A DNA stretch of 61,295 nt, counting the filler, from Dugesia japonica (Eukaryota): NCBI GenBank assembly GCA_001938525.1. It is 5 parts of 5 records of this genome, joined end to end, with 100 filler letters (N's around TTAATTAATTAA, not from the genome) between each part and the next. Parts side by side here need not be neighbours in the genome. Positions count along the whole stretch, not along the records: positions 24,198 to 36,477 come from MQRL01636104.1; positions 36,578 to 51,460 come from MQRL01614453.1; 3 more parts are not named here. One strand, 5' to 3'. Both the position numbers and the translations under genes were made by a program. The notes under the pieces were generated by a model, which saw only the letters and a list, made by a program, of their open reading frames with translations, was not told where the DNA came from and searched no databases. Each line of letters starts with the position of its first letter. Position 1 is the stretch's first letter. Shown one piece after another: positions 24,403-37,790 of the stretch.

Positions 24403-27400
24403 CCTTTGAAGGAATAATTTGTTCCAGAAAATCCGCCTCAGTTTTACGCCACAACTTTTTGATTATTATTCTCAACTCTTCATTATAATCATCGATTGGT
24501 TTTGGATCTTTTCCTAAATTAGAAAAGTTACAGACATTCTAAATTATTGATAATTTATAATTACAATTTTGAAAATTTATGTTTAAAAATGTAAAATAAA
24601 AGAACAAAATATTTTTAAAAAATTGAAGAATATATAGCTGCAAAACGTTATGTCATTTATATTGTTTAAATTGACTTAATAAGACTCGATAGTATACAGC
24701 GTCACATTTCCCCGCTATTTGCGTTCAATTTTTACAATCCCGTTTTATTTTAGTACACATTATTTTAACCCCAAATCTAAATTTTCCCTCTAATTAAAGT
24801 TGATATATCAGTCCATTTAAAAACGTAAATAACAATAACAACAATTCTTGTACTCAAAAGAAACCCTATTTGTATTCAAATGGACATGATTAAAATATTA
24901 GACGAGAAAGAATTTATTGTTTGACTTCGTCTTCGTTGTCATCTTTGAAATATTTACATCTAATTACTCTTTGTTTTCTTTATCAAATCAATATTCCTTA
25001 GATATTTTTATCATAAAAAAATTATTTTGTTAATTTCTATTCCTAAAGATTTCCCTGAATTATTGAAAATAGTAAAAAATTTGAATATCTATAAAACAAC
25101 AATTTAATTTGATCGAAACTATTACTTTATTTTAATGAAATCTTGTTAATTTGTATTCACTTTTCTTTTTCAAAGTACTGAATTTCTTATAAAAATTTCT
25201 TTATAACATCTATAGCATTTCTTTATCAGAAGTTTTAATTTTTCGATTCTACATTTCAGTATGAAAATCCAAAGAAAATATGAAGTATGTTTATATATAC
25301 ATATAGATTAAATATGTATATGTATGTTGCATTTTAAAAAGAATTTCGTTTTGTAAATGGAAATTTTTGGTTTAATTACACAAAAATGTTATAGCGAAAT
25401 TTCGTTAAACAAAAGATGAGAGTATTCNNNNNNNNNNNNATTTGTGGAGTTAAAGACAAATTATTTAAAAAATAAAATTCAAATTTACCACTTGTAGGTA
25501 TTTTTATTTTCAAATTCTGTCTGACTAATGCAAACAAAGTAGAATGAAAATATATTGTACCATCTTTCTCTAAAGGCATATTCATATGCATCAATTTCTA
25601 AATAAATTATTTAATTATCTTATGTGTAGAATTTTTTAATAAAATATTTGTTATTACCCATTAAATTGAACAAAGAATACATATTTAAAAATTTGATTAT
25701 TATATTAAAAAACATAATTATTAGGTCGTTCAAAAAGTAATTTCCGTTTTTGTTAAATATATCAAAATCTAAAATTTAAGTACAATAATTTATTTAATCA
25801 TCACCTTCATAACCTTCACCACTTTTGTAAAAACACATTATAGTTTAAAGCAAAAATCGCATGTTTCTATTAGATATTTTGTGACTAACAGCGATAAATA
25901 AAGATAAAATTTTCAAATTTTACAATACATAATAACCAACAGAATTTAAACCAATTCAAATAAATAATGTAAAGAATAAAAGTCCATCACATGAACATTG
26001 CTCGCAAGGCTACTTCTCACACGAATACCACCAACAAGGAAATGAATAATTATAAATTTTTTAAGTATGGAAATTTGAATTCTTTTCATTTAAATGTTGT
26101 AAATTTGTATTTGCTATTTCTAATATACTAGGTTATAACATAATTAAGTGCAATTTTTTAACAGTGATTGGAGAGATATTTTTTTGGAAGCTGGAATTGG
26201 CATTAAACGTGATAATCCATAAATCTACACAGAAAAGTTCCACAGAGATGGTTTTAGTAGACAATTGAGTAGAGAACGTTGGTATTCATTAGAAGGACAA
26301 AGAACCGAGGAAACACAAAGCTGCCAACATTTACAACAAGAGCTGACAAAGAGGTAATTCAAAGTTGAAGAACAAGTGTTGGTGAAAGTGGAGATTCGAG
26401 ATAAATATCAAGATAGATTCAAAAGATCTTATAAAGTTATTGGAAAAGTTCATGATATACGGTATATTTTGGTAGGGAAAACGGAAAATATTTAAAAGAA
26501 ATGTGGAAAAGTTTAAAAATTCTTAAGAGGGAATGTAAGGAATATGTGATTTATGAGAATCTTTAGTTGCATTTTTATGCTATCGGTTTATTGATTTATT
26601 ATTGTGTTTTTGTTTGAATATTATATTTTTTAATTGTTAACTGTTGTTTTTTTTAAAATAAGATTTGTTTCTTTAGAATTTGTAATAAAAATTCTCTAAA
26701 TTGTATTGTAACTTTTTATAACTTTCTAATAGGTATTATTCCGTTAAGTTAAAATTCATAGAAAATAAATCTTTTAAGCCATGCTTTCAAAGTTATTCAA
26801 ATATAGTGATCATTGTGATTCAAAACAGTAATAATTATTTTAGAAAAAAAATTCAAAAACATTACTGCCATAGCTTTATCATGGGAACACATTTTTCCAA
26901 AACCTAACGGTGGATTAATTTTTGTAAGTAAACTAACAACATCCAATGGTCGCATTCGACCTCTGAAAATTTTAGTTTATAAAATAGATGAAATGCACAG
27001 AAATCATACTTAGCATTAATATCGTATTCGGACCATTGTTCAATGAATTCTTCTAAATGATGGGGTCCTAAGATAGAATGATCTTTTGTGAGATAATCAA
27101 AATTATCAATAATCACGGCTAGAAAAAGATTCATTACCTAAAATAAATAATAATAGTAATCTGTAAAATATAATAAAAAAATAACGAGATAATTAGTAAG
27201 AATGTAGAACGATGTGAAATAGAAATAAGCCAATACTGTCCCACAATTTTTTGTTGATGACTGGCATTGAGATTTAACTGAAATTTAACAAGCATATGAA
27301 ATCAAGCAAATATGAATAAAGAAATTACCATTGTCGACACAACTTATCATAATCATGTGCCAATTTTCTCCAGTAACACATCTAAATTTATAATATTGAA

Positions 27401-30400
27401 TTAATAAAATTAATATCACACAGTACTTCAACAAATTTTAGTATTCATAAAAATCACAAAATTAAGACAAAACGATAATCAGGAATTTATAAACATTAAG
27501 ATGCAAATTTTAAAACAACATTATAGACTAAAATCATCAATATTGTATAAATGGATTGTTATTTGATACAGCGAAATGACTTTTAAAACTTAAAAAACTT
27601 GTGAAAAGGAGCTTGGAGAACTGAATTGGAAAGACATAGCTGTATTTGTAGATAATGTTCTTATATTCTCAAACATTAAATTGACATTATAAGACATTAT
27701 AAGGAAAATTATATAAGAAAGTCGAATGGGTATATTTGAAAATCAGTCGGTCTAAATGTCACTTTAAAATAGATCATGGATCATATTATTAATGAAAATT
27801 TAATATAATTAAATTTAGAGAAATTAAAAAGTATATGAATTCGGATGACCAATTGTTATCCATGATTACACAGTGTGGAAGTTAATGTGAAAGTAATAAA
27901 AAAACATTACTGTGTAGATATAAAGATATATGGTAGAAGTGGAAAATTTGGTTTTTAACAGAATTCATTTTTGACTTTGGATTTAATTTTACACCACACA
28001 AAGATTTTTACTTCGAATAAATATACGGAATCCGTTGGTAGCAACACACTTGCTGCTCNGATGACTGAATTCTGTAATTCATATTTTATATCTAACCAAA
28101 AATTTAACAATGGGATATCTTTACATTTCCATTCTTCTTGATATCAATTAGTGATACTTTTTAACTGATCAGCAAATACATATTTTTACTATATCGATAT
28201 ATGATGTCAGAATTCCTTGAAAATTATAATTTTTTTAAATTTTCAAAATATCTTGAAATGTATATTCCAAATTTTATTGCTTAATTAAACTTGTCTTTAC
28301 TTCAGATATAGTATTCAGATATATTTAGAGCTTCTTACTATAATCAGGGTAATGATCTGACAGAACGTGTATTTAAACCAGCTGAAGACAAATTATATAC
28401 ATCAAGTAAATAGCATGACCAATCATGAGTTAAAGTAATTTCTTTAGTTGAACTAAATATGAGATCATCAAATAGCAGGAAACTTGAAGTTTCATTTTTT
28501 CAGATGTTGTTTGGGAAAAAAATAAATTTGGAACTATAAGTTTTGACTGCAAGTATAAATTGATTTTAGAAAGACCTTAATAAACAAAGGGGGAAATTAC
28601 AAAAAATAGAAGATAGCTTCCAGAAGGAAAGAAGACAGAAAATAAGAGCACTACCTTAAATATTGGAGATTTTGTAATAGTATAAACAGAAAAAGATGGT
28701 TACTTAAAAATTTATATACAGGACTTCGGAGGGTGAGCAAGTTTCTCACTAATAATAATTTAGAATTAAATAACGGGACAAAAATAATTTACCGGAATGT
28801 TCATCAAGTCAAACGATTCAATGTGAAATTTAAAAACCCTAAGAAATAGTTAAAGCATCAATAATGTGTACAACCAATTGGACAGTTAACACCAGTGATA
28901 AAAAAACTTGATGTTATAGACATCACAGAATAATATAAAAGACGATATTCAACGAGAGAGAGAAAGCCACACCCTAATAGACAACCAATTATCTTGGTTT
29001 GAATATTATAATATATTAAGTGTAATTAAAATAATATTTAGTAAACGGATTTCTTTCTAATAACAGTCTTATTCTAGAGAGGATGTTACTTAATAATGGA
29101 AACAATTAAAAGAAACATAATTAAGTTTTTTACAACGTTAGTTGTTTCCAAAAGGAGTAAATTTTATCACACATTTTTGAGACATTTTCTTTACTTGAGA
29201 ACTACAGACAGGACCGGCCCTAGAGCCGAGCCAGTAAAGCCGTGGCTCGGGGTGCACGGTAAGTTGGGGCACCAAATATATACAAAAAAAATTAAATCAA
29301 TCCTTTACAAGATATTATGCGCCATGAGACTTAAATTTTTTTATAATAAATTAAAATTATGGTATGTACATAAAAAAATTACTCAATATGGTACGATGTT
29401 TTCTCAATATGGTAACTATACGTATATATGCATGCATGTACATTCAAGAAAGAAAATTACGCGTATTAATCGTAGATAGCCTTGGTAGTCATAGCAACCA
29501 TAAATATTATTGTAATATTGTATCCAAACAGCCTACACAAGTATTAAAATTTTAACATAAAGAGTTGAAGTTTTAATAATAAAATAAAAATATTTATTAA
29601 TAATTCATATTTTTGATTTTTATTTTGGTCGCTAAAATGGATGGAGCACGATTTAGAACCTTGGCCTATGACGCCTCAAATGCTCAGGCCGGACCTGATT
29701 ACAGATTTAGTGTACTGTCCTTAACAAACATGTATCTGATTTAACAAATTAAGGTACGTCATTTCTCATTACAAAGGAAATTCGCCCTTTTAGATATTTT
29801 CTTCATTTTCCCAAATACGAAATAAAGGAAGTAATAAAATAGTTTCTAAAAAATTAATTTTTACAATTACAATTATTTTTTAGATTATTTCTTAGATATA
29901 TCTATTGATATTATCAGTTTTCAATAAAAGTAAAATGCATCGATCAAAATGTTTGATTTACTTCTGTTATTTATGAATTTAATTATTAATATTATCAAAT
30001 ACTATCAAATAAACAATCTAATTACTAAATAGATCATTTTAATAAATAAAATTACCTAAATAACACAAAGAATGAATTCATTAATGTTTGGAAATTATTA
30101 TTATCAGTGATTTCACTGCTTTCATTTGTCAAACCAATCTGACCAAAAAACTGTATGCCAATAATTGAATAAATATAGAAAATTAATATGACCAATAGCA
30201 TCACCCAAGGTAAAGTCTGGAACATAAAATATCTACGGACCATTGAAAAAGTAAAATAACCTTAAAGGAGTTGATGAATGTCCAAAGTATTTTTCGAATT
30301 GATTTATTTTTCATTAATAATTTTACAAGCCGTAAAACTCTGAATAAACGAAATATATTGACCTTTATTCCACGATAGTCATCACCTTTCTAGAAATTTT

Positions 30401-33400
30401 ATAATCTTTTGAAAATTATCATAAGATAGACTATTTTAGGACCACTTAATATTACTGATACTGTANNNNNNNNNNNNNNNNNNNNNNNNNNNNNNNNNNN
30501 NNNNNNNNNNNNNNNNNNNNNATTATATTAATGATACAATCAGAACTCTACCTGGTTCAGACGAAATTTAAAACGATTTACTATTGAAATTGGTGTGTGA
30601 TATTAAGATAAATGTGTAAAACATGATAGCAAATGTTTAATAAAAAATAAATAGTGCTATTTAAAATAAAACTTTATTGTTATATGCATATTTCGACGGA
30701 TCAACCGTCATCATCAGTCAAACAAGATACAATTTCGCAATTTTTCTTAATTCCAATTATAAGTAAGTGATTTCATAAAAATAAGAAAAAGCTTTGATCA
30801 AAATAAAATTTTATTTTGATTTTGATCGAAGCTTTTTCTTATTTTAATGAAATCTCAAATGCGATCAATAGTTAAGTCCAACAATTATTCTCACAATAAT
30901 TTTAATTATATAAGTAAGTGTTTTATTTAATTAATAATATATTTTAATTTTAATTTAGATTAATCGATAAGAATACTTTTAATACAAAGAAATAATTATG
31001 AAAAGAAATATATTATGCCTAGTTTAAATGGGTTTTTATTGAAATAATCATTCAAATTTAAATAGTTTTAATGGAAATGATGTGCAAAAAAAATTATTAT
31101 AAAAACAGGTAAATTTATTATCAATCTAAAGGTTAATTTAGTGATTTCTTTTGATTTAATATGCACCAATAATGATTATTTTATAAGTTAAATTTCTTGG
31201 AATTAGTTTAATAATGAGTTAATAATTCTATTTTGATAATTTTATATGTATTTAATTTAATTTACTATTTATCTACTGTTTATATTTCAGAATTTTGTAT
31301 AAGGTTTTCATTATTGTTATTAATTAAGACACTATACAAATGTAACAATATTTACTGACAGCAGACAGTGTCAAATTAAGAATACTGACTATCTGTTCAT
31401 ATGACCATTCGGTATGTTTGCGTAATGCATAAATCTGTCCTTTGTCAAAAGGTGTTAAATCGATACTGCGCATAATTTGACGAATATACTGGAAATTAAA
31501 CTAAACTAATATTCGAGCTGAATTATAAAGCATAAAACACTTATATGGTTTTACAAAATGAAATACAAAAATTTAATTAAGAATTGACAACTATAAATAA
31601 TCTGATATATATAAACAACTTTATTTAATTGAAAAAGTATTGAATTTTTTTACTGGACAATTTAATGTAACAGACTGTATATCAATACATGAATATCATT
31701 ATTGTGATAATATTGAAATAATATTAGGTTTTTCAATATGAAACTGCAAATTTTTTTAATAACAATTTAAAAATCATTTTATTATATAATGATAGATTGA
31801 AGGTAGCTATTGAAACCGCACTCGCAAAAAGTTGGAGAAGCTGCTGAAGATATTGATGTCTGTAAATCAACCGTTTTCTTCCACGATAAAGAGCTTGGTA
31901 AGGTTAAGATACGCGAATTCCACGCGAATTGTGAGGGAAACCTGAAAAAACAAAATTGCAAGTCTTTTCTACTTGACTTATTCGGAATTAATATGATTCC
32001 TTTTAGCTCGAATTGTAATTCACTATGAAAAATTGATTACATATGACAAATGCAAATGATAAACACAGTGATTGGATGCAGATGAATAACCAAAACAGAT
32101 ACCTAAATCAAGTCTTTATCCAAAGAAGACGATGATTATTTTCAGGTGGTCCATAGCTTGATTAATTTATTATAATTTCTTAAAACTTGATGAGACTATT
32201 ACTACACGATCCTATTGTAAAAAATGATATTATCCTTGAAAGGTTGCTTCAATGGCATCTACTGCTTTTTAAAAACATACAAAAAAATTTTAAAATTAAT
32301 AAATTTGAATATTATTATTTTATGACTGTTAACATTTTATAATGAAGTCAATTGTGAAATTCACTAAATAATACAGAAATAATTGTAATAGTAAAGATTT
32401 TTGTTAAACATAAATTACTATAAAATGTAAATTTTTATAAAATATAAATAATCGAAGTAAAATGGCATTTTTTTAATAAAAACTCTGAAACGCCATTTCA
32501 AGATATATTTCTAAAAAAGCCAATTCCTGACGAAGATCAAGCAGAAAATTCCAAATACTATCAAAAAAAAAACAAAATTTGATTGAAGCTTTTATTTTAA
32601 TGAAATCTCAAAAACAATCAATGGTTAAATCCAACAATTATTCTCACAATAATTGTAATTGTGAAATCTTTTATTAAAACAATATTTATTCCTTTTTAAA
32701 ATATGCTTATATATTAAAAGTTATGATTATGTAATCAATTATGAAATCTATTNNNNNNNNNNNNNNNNNNNNNNNNNNNNNNNNNNNNNNNNNNNNNNNN
32801 NNTATATATATATATATCTTTAATTTTCAGATACAATAATTTAATATTTTTTTAAAATTCATTTATGTCAGGAATTGACTTTCTAAAAAACCCAATTCCT
32901 GACGAAGATCAAGTAGAAAATTCCAAATACTTTCAAAAAAAAACAAAATTTGATTGAAGCTTTTATTTTAATGAAATCTCAAAAACAATCAATGATTAAA
33001 TCCAACAATTATTCTCACAATAATTGTAATTGTAAAATCTTTCATTAATACAATATTTATTCCTTTTTAAAATATGCTTATATATTAAAAGTTATGATTA
33101 TGTAATCAATTATGAAATCTATTCATTTCATTTATTGAAGAGATTGCACAATTTATTACATAATCAGAATTTTTCATTTATAAGCATTTTTAAAGAAAGG
33201 ATTAAACTATTAAAGTATCTGAAGATATTCTGTCGAAACATGTAATACAATAATACATCTTGAAATGATATGTCAGATTTCTAATAAAATATAAATATAA
33301 ATTTTCAAGAGTAAATCATTATATGAATTGGTTTTTCCTATAATTCGTGTTTTCAAATTTCTTTGTAAACTTTAGGTTTAATTAAATGGAATAATATATT

Positions 33401-35400
33401 TAAAAATTATTTTTAAAATTTATTTAGGTGTGAGAAAATATTGTTTAAACATTTGTTAAATTATAGAATGCAATTTAAAATATAAAGTAGATAAATAGTT
33501 TGGAAGCTTTTATCAATGATCATAATGTTGTAATGAGTGAAATTTTGATGAAAAATTGTGTTGAAAATGTTGCANCTCAAATAAAATCAGATTTATAATT
33601 TAACCAATTATTTTTTAAATACTCAAAAAATATTGGCAACTTTTTATAAAAATAAATGAACGCCATGTCATAAAATATTTATTTACTGTAATTAATTTCG
33701 ACGGAATAACCATCATCAACATGCAATAAAATAATATTAAGTAAGTAAGGTGAATCATGTTTCAGTTGATTTTTTCAAATCTTTAACAGTCTGAGTATGA
33801 ACATCCGTAGCTTTTTCAATAAAATTGTATTTATGTGTTACTGTGCCATGTTGATAGCCATATGTAACTATTGATTGATACCAGCAACGTGCATCAGTAT
33901 AAATTATTGAGTTTGGCAATAATAGGTAATAAAACCTTATTTTAATTTTCAAAAACCTTTGAAAACACTCGTGTAATACATAATAATCGGTGAATTCTAC
34001 AATAGTTATTACATCTGACTTATTGTTAGGGCTACTTACTCGATGAGACTTACACTTAATGTTAAGCATAGTCTCATCAACTTGGATAATTTTCTCTGTG
34101 TAACCCATTTTATTATCAGAAAAATCAATTATTCTTATTACATATAATGTTTTAAATTATTTTTTGCATGATTAATTCGTTAATTTTAATACAATTTTCA
34201 TTGAATGTTAAGGTTGATCAGTATTCCAATGTAAAAGAACCTTTAATATTTTTTAACAGATCATTGTTAGTTCTTTCAAAGAAATTCGCACTGCTTATTG
34301 AATTTTTTTCTATGATTTAAACAAAGAATATTAAGACATGTTTTGTTTAAATATTTAAAAATATTTATTTTTTTATAAGATTTACAATTTAACACTATGG
34401 ATTAACTAATAAATCTTAATTTTAATTTTAAATCTAACTCTAAATCAAACTCATTATCATTATAATTTCATATTGAATCTCTATGATTTTTTTTTTCAAA
34501 AATAAGTAACGCCATTTAAAATAAAACTTTATTGTTATATATTTCGACGGATTAACCGTCATCATCAGACAAAANNGAAATAAATGAGTTTATTCAGTCT
34601 GTATTATTCAAACAAAGATTAATGCGATTATACTGAATATAATACGGCTATAATTCTTAATTTTTAAAAAAAATTCTTAATTTTTAAATTTTTTAACAAC
34701 TTTTCAATAAAAAATTAATTTATATAATATATTTTATTACTGTTACCTATAAAATCAAAGATGTTTCTCCAAAATATTTAAATTTTTTAATTTTAGATTT
34801 TATTAAAATTTGTTAAAACCTATGAAAATTGAAATTTATTTTAAAAAATAAAATAGAAAACCTATGAAGTAATAAAATTTTTTTTATTTATTAATAACTT
34901 TTATAGAAATCTATTTTTAAAGTATCACAAATTAGTACATAAAGTTATAATTAAAATAAATTTTAAATTACAGTCAGTTGCATAAAGATGATATCCACAT
35001 AACTTCCCAATACAACAATGAAATCGAATACGTTCATTTTATCATCAAAATAATTCTGTAAAGAATTTTCAAAAAAAAGTGAAATTATTGAAATTACTCT
35101 AAAATTGAAAGCAATAATTTTCAGTATAGCTTCGCCAGTAAATAAAATGATGAAAATATAATTCGTAATTTCTAGAAGCTTACTAAATTCATCAGACTGT
35201 TCATTGAACTATAATTAAAATTTAACTATAAATCATATCTACTGATTAGTAAACAAACGGTCATTGACATGGTAATAGTATTAAGAATTATTATTGCAAA
35301 TATTCCATAATTAAATTTTTCTGAAGTAACTATCTGCCATATTCGAAATCGATATGGAATAAATGGAATGTATTTCTGTATAGGTTTGGATTTTAATATG
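24403..35400 (-). CDS. Voltage-gated calcium channel alpha1 subunit, L-type (Cav1)-like, partial: III-IV linker, domain IV, proximal C-tail
   Basis: Phase-consistent GT-AG exons 35400-35259 (5' end in gap), 35208-35098, 35055-34972, 30389-30261, 30216-30056, 27381-27329, 27277-27186, 27137-27010, 26962-26866, 25597-25489 and 24513-24403. Motifs: S4 [13 protein letters not shown], pore [45 protein letters not shown], and Cav1-type [15 protein letters not shown]. Confidence 0.93.
26150..26540 (+). mobile_element. Gypsy integrase C-terminal remnant with polypurine tract
   Basis: Degenerate [22 protein letters not shown] (GPY/F-like), followed by AAGAGGGAA-TGTAAG (PPT then LTR start). Similar to 36120-36477. 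Confidence 0.65.
27540..29090 (+). mobile_element. Highly decayed gypsy pol remnant
   Basis: [11 protein letters not shown] (YxDD-like), SDQGN..TER and FQMLFGK integrase traces, ending in AGAGAGGA-TGTTAC (PPT/LTR start). Confidence 0.55.
29209..29697. mobile_element. hAT-type MITE
   Basis: Ends CAGGACCGGCC / GGCCGGACCTG with an 8-bp target duplication ACTACAGA / ATTACAGA. Confidence 0.8.
30677..30722 (-). ncRNA. Type I hammerhead ribozyme motif, family B
   Basis: The minus strand reads TTGA-CTGATGA-T-GACGG(TTGAT)CCGTC-GAAA-TATGCATA-TA|ACAA: intact core, perfect 5-bp stem II, palindromic stem III (ATATGCATAT). The first stem I pair is mismatched. Confidence 0.7.
30769..30900. mobile_element. 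Family A fold-back repeat, short copy without ribozyme
   Basis: Inverted arms around AAGCTTTGATCAAAAT / TTTTGATCGAAGCTT, plus the shared 3' tail CCAACAATTATTCTCACAATAAT. Confidence 0.65.
31800..32260 (+). mobile_element. Decayed mariner transposase
   Basis: STV..H..LGKVK and [16 protein letters not shown] (LHPKKxMxxVWW-like) traces with stops and frameshifts. Confidence 0.6.
32510..33122 (+). repeat. Local duplication (~370-bp period) carrying two family A copies with decayed hammerhead motifs
   Basis: 32510-32752 and 32882-33122 are near-identical. Both contain CAATTCCTGACGAAGATCAAG.AGAAA and the family A tail. Confidence 0.8.
33215..33248 (+). ncRNA. Hammerhead-like motif with defective stem II
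   Basis: GTAT-CTGAAGA-TATTCTGTC-GAAA-CATG-TA|ATAC: perfect 4-bp stem I and palindromic ACATGT, but stem II pairs poorly. Confidence 0.45.
33755..34108 (-). mobile_element. Merlin/ISXO2 (IS1595-like) transposase remnant
   Basis: IIQVDET, IIYTD..WY and [14 protein letters not shown] match the ISXO2-like DDE motifs. Confidence 0.8.
34532..34572 (-). ncRNA. Minimal type I hammerhead ribozyme motif, family B
   Basis: The minus strand reads TTGT-CTGATGA-T-GACGG(TTAAT)CCGTC-GAAA-TATA-TA|ACAA: perfect stem I, perfect stem II, intact core and palindromic ATATAT stem III. Confidence 0.78.
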
Positions 35401-35779
35401 NNNNNNNNNNNNNNNNNNNNNNNNNNNNNNNNNNNNNNNNNNNNNNNNNNNNNNNNNNNNNNNNNNNNNNNNNNNNNNNNNNNNNNNNNNNNNNNNNNNN
35501 NNNNNNNNNNNNNNNNNNNNNNNNNNNNNNNNNNNNNNNNNNNNNNNNNNNNNNNNNNNNNNNNNNNNNNNNNNNNNNNNNNNNNNNNNNNNNNNNNNNN
35601 NNNNNNNNNNNNNNNNNNNNNNNNNNNNNNNNNNNNNNNNNNNNNNNNNNATTATTATTATTATTAGTTAAATTCAAAACTTCACAACTCTCCATAAATT
35701 GTATCTATTATTACAAGTGTTTTTGATTAAAATAAAAATAATGTCAAGAATAATTCATTGTATTCAAACAAATAATCTA

Positions 35780-36040
35780 AGAAAATTTTCAATAAAATAA
35801 TTTAAAAATATCGATTTTTAATTTTATGAAATATTAAACTTTACATAATAATCTCATAAAATAAATCAAAAATATCGATTTTTAATTTTATGAAATATTT
35901 CATTTTACATAAAAATTTCATAAAATATTTTACAAATATTGATTTTTTTAATCTTATGAAATATTTTACCTTACATAATAATTTCATAAAATAAATTAAA
36001 AATATCGATTTAATTTTATGAAATATTTTATTTTACATGT
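35780..36040. repeat. AT-rich minisatellite, ~62-bp unit, ~4 copies
   Basis: Recurrent AAATATCGATTTTTAATTTTATGAAATATT..TTACATAA..TCATAAAAT. Confidence 0.8.
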
Positions 36041-36109
36041 TTTAAAAATAAATTTTAATATTATTTATATAAAAATTAAAGAAAGATTATCTCAGATATT
36101 TAAATCTAT

Positions 36110-36477
36110 GAATGATTCTTACATCCCCCCTTCTTTAAATTTTTTTTAATCTTTTCGACATCTCCTTCAATCATCTTGCCTTCTGAACTCTTCAGCAGGT
36201 ATCTTATTTCATGAATCTGTTTTATCACCACTTATGGACCTGTATATCTTTCTTTGTCTTTTAATCTGTTTTCTACCTTGATTAGCACCTCGTTTCCAAC
36301 TTGAAAATGTCTCTTTGTTGGTATCAACTAACCGGATTCTTCATTCTTTTATCCATTATTGAACCATCTTTCCTTGTGTATTTTCTTACCGAATATCATT
36401 TCTGCTAGATTTATCCCCAAAGTCTTCTGGCTTGTTGCATTTAATGTATATTCAATTTCTGGTATTAACTCTGTCCA
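36110..36477 (-). mobile_element. Gypsy integrase 3' end with PPT and LTR start
   Basis: WTELIPEIEYTLNAT..MIFGK..FQVGNEVLIK..RYTGP, then AAAGAAGGGGGGA-TGTAAG. Confidence 0.85.
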
Positions 36478-36577
36478 NNNNNNNNNNNNNNNNNNNNNNN
36501 NNNNNNNNNNNNNNNNNNNNNTTAATTAATTAANNNNNNNNNNNNNNNNNNNNNNNNNNNNNNNNNNNNNNNNNNNN
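36478..36577. other. Artificial contig linker
   Basis: 44 N + TTAATTAATTAA + 44 N. Confidence 0.95.
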
Positions 36578-37429
36578 CTAATGTAGATCTTTCAAATTTC
36601 TTGTCTACCTACGCCATTATATTTGTCTTGATCTGGTGTTTCACCCCAACACTTGTATAAACCCAGTTTATTTAATAGAAACATTTTTCCAAGCTATTTT
36701 AATGGGGAAATTTGCTTAAGCTAATTTAATGGACTAATTGGAAAGATAAATTTGAAAGAATTTTTCAGAAGATGGGAGGAGTATTTGGAAGGAATTTGTT
36801 TTGAAGAAATTTTTTGGAAATAATTTTATGATAGCTGGGGGTATTTGGAAGGAACTTTTTAAAGGGGATAGGTAAAATCTCTGAGGGCTTACATCTACCT
36901 ACTATCGACGGAATATCCATTTCAACAATCACTTTAAAACACTTCCATTCGTGAGGCTATTGCTAATAAAGGCTAGAAAACGTCAACAAGTAAAGGACAG
37001 GTTATGGAACTTGTTCTCAAAGACTGTTAAAGTAAGCTGGAAATTATAAAGGATTTAATTATCAGAAGAAGATTAAGGGAATCAAATACAGCATCAGTAT
37101 CAATGAATGATCTAGTCTCCGACGTCGTCGATACTTCAATATTATATTACACAAAGGAGGAGATAGTAAAGAAAATTTATCAAAAATCATTTCTGCATGT
37201 TGCCGACTCGTTAACACACTCAGCCACTCAGTTTCGTCTTCCATCGAGAATCTCTTTTTTTAAAAACTACACTTTTTCAAAAACTTTCTCTCCATTCTCC
37301 CTCTTCTTCACACCTTGTGGACTCTCTACAAAAAATTCCTTTATAAAAATCTGGCTCCTGCTAGCTCCACTCTCATTGGAACCTCCCATTTCGGTATTTC
37401 GATTCTACTCAACTCTCACCCACCTCTTC

Positions 37430-37790
37430 ATCCAACCGATTATTCTTATCCATTTCAATCGTATTAAAATAATTATATCGGTTTCTCTGATCTTTTCCAC
37501 TAATTACTCAAAAGTTTTGATTTAAATTCCTTTCCATTTTCTGACATTCTCTTCTTTTATGTCATTGTCCAGTGCATCTAAAACATCTCATCCTCAAACA
37601 TTTCCTTTTTATATGTCTCAAATCTTCACATCTAAAGCATTTTACTTGTTCATCTCTTCTGCAATCCTTCTTTACATGTCCTTTTGTATTACATGTCCAA
37701 CATACGCTGTTTTCTCTATTAAAACCATGGCAATTTTGAATATTTCAAAATTCTTTCTGCAGAACCCTTTGGTTTTGCGGATCACACTTT
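37430..37790 (-). mobile_element. Gag-like remnant with three CCHC zinc knuckles
   Basis: The minus strand reads CWTCNTKGHVKKDC, CFRCEDLRHIKRKC and CFRCTGQ*HKRREC in tandem. This is absent from the ORF track. Confidence 0.75.
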
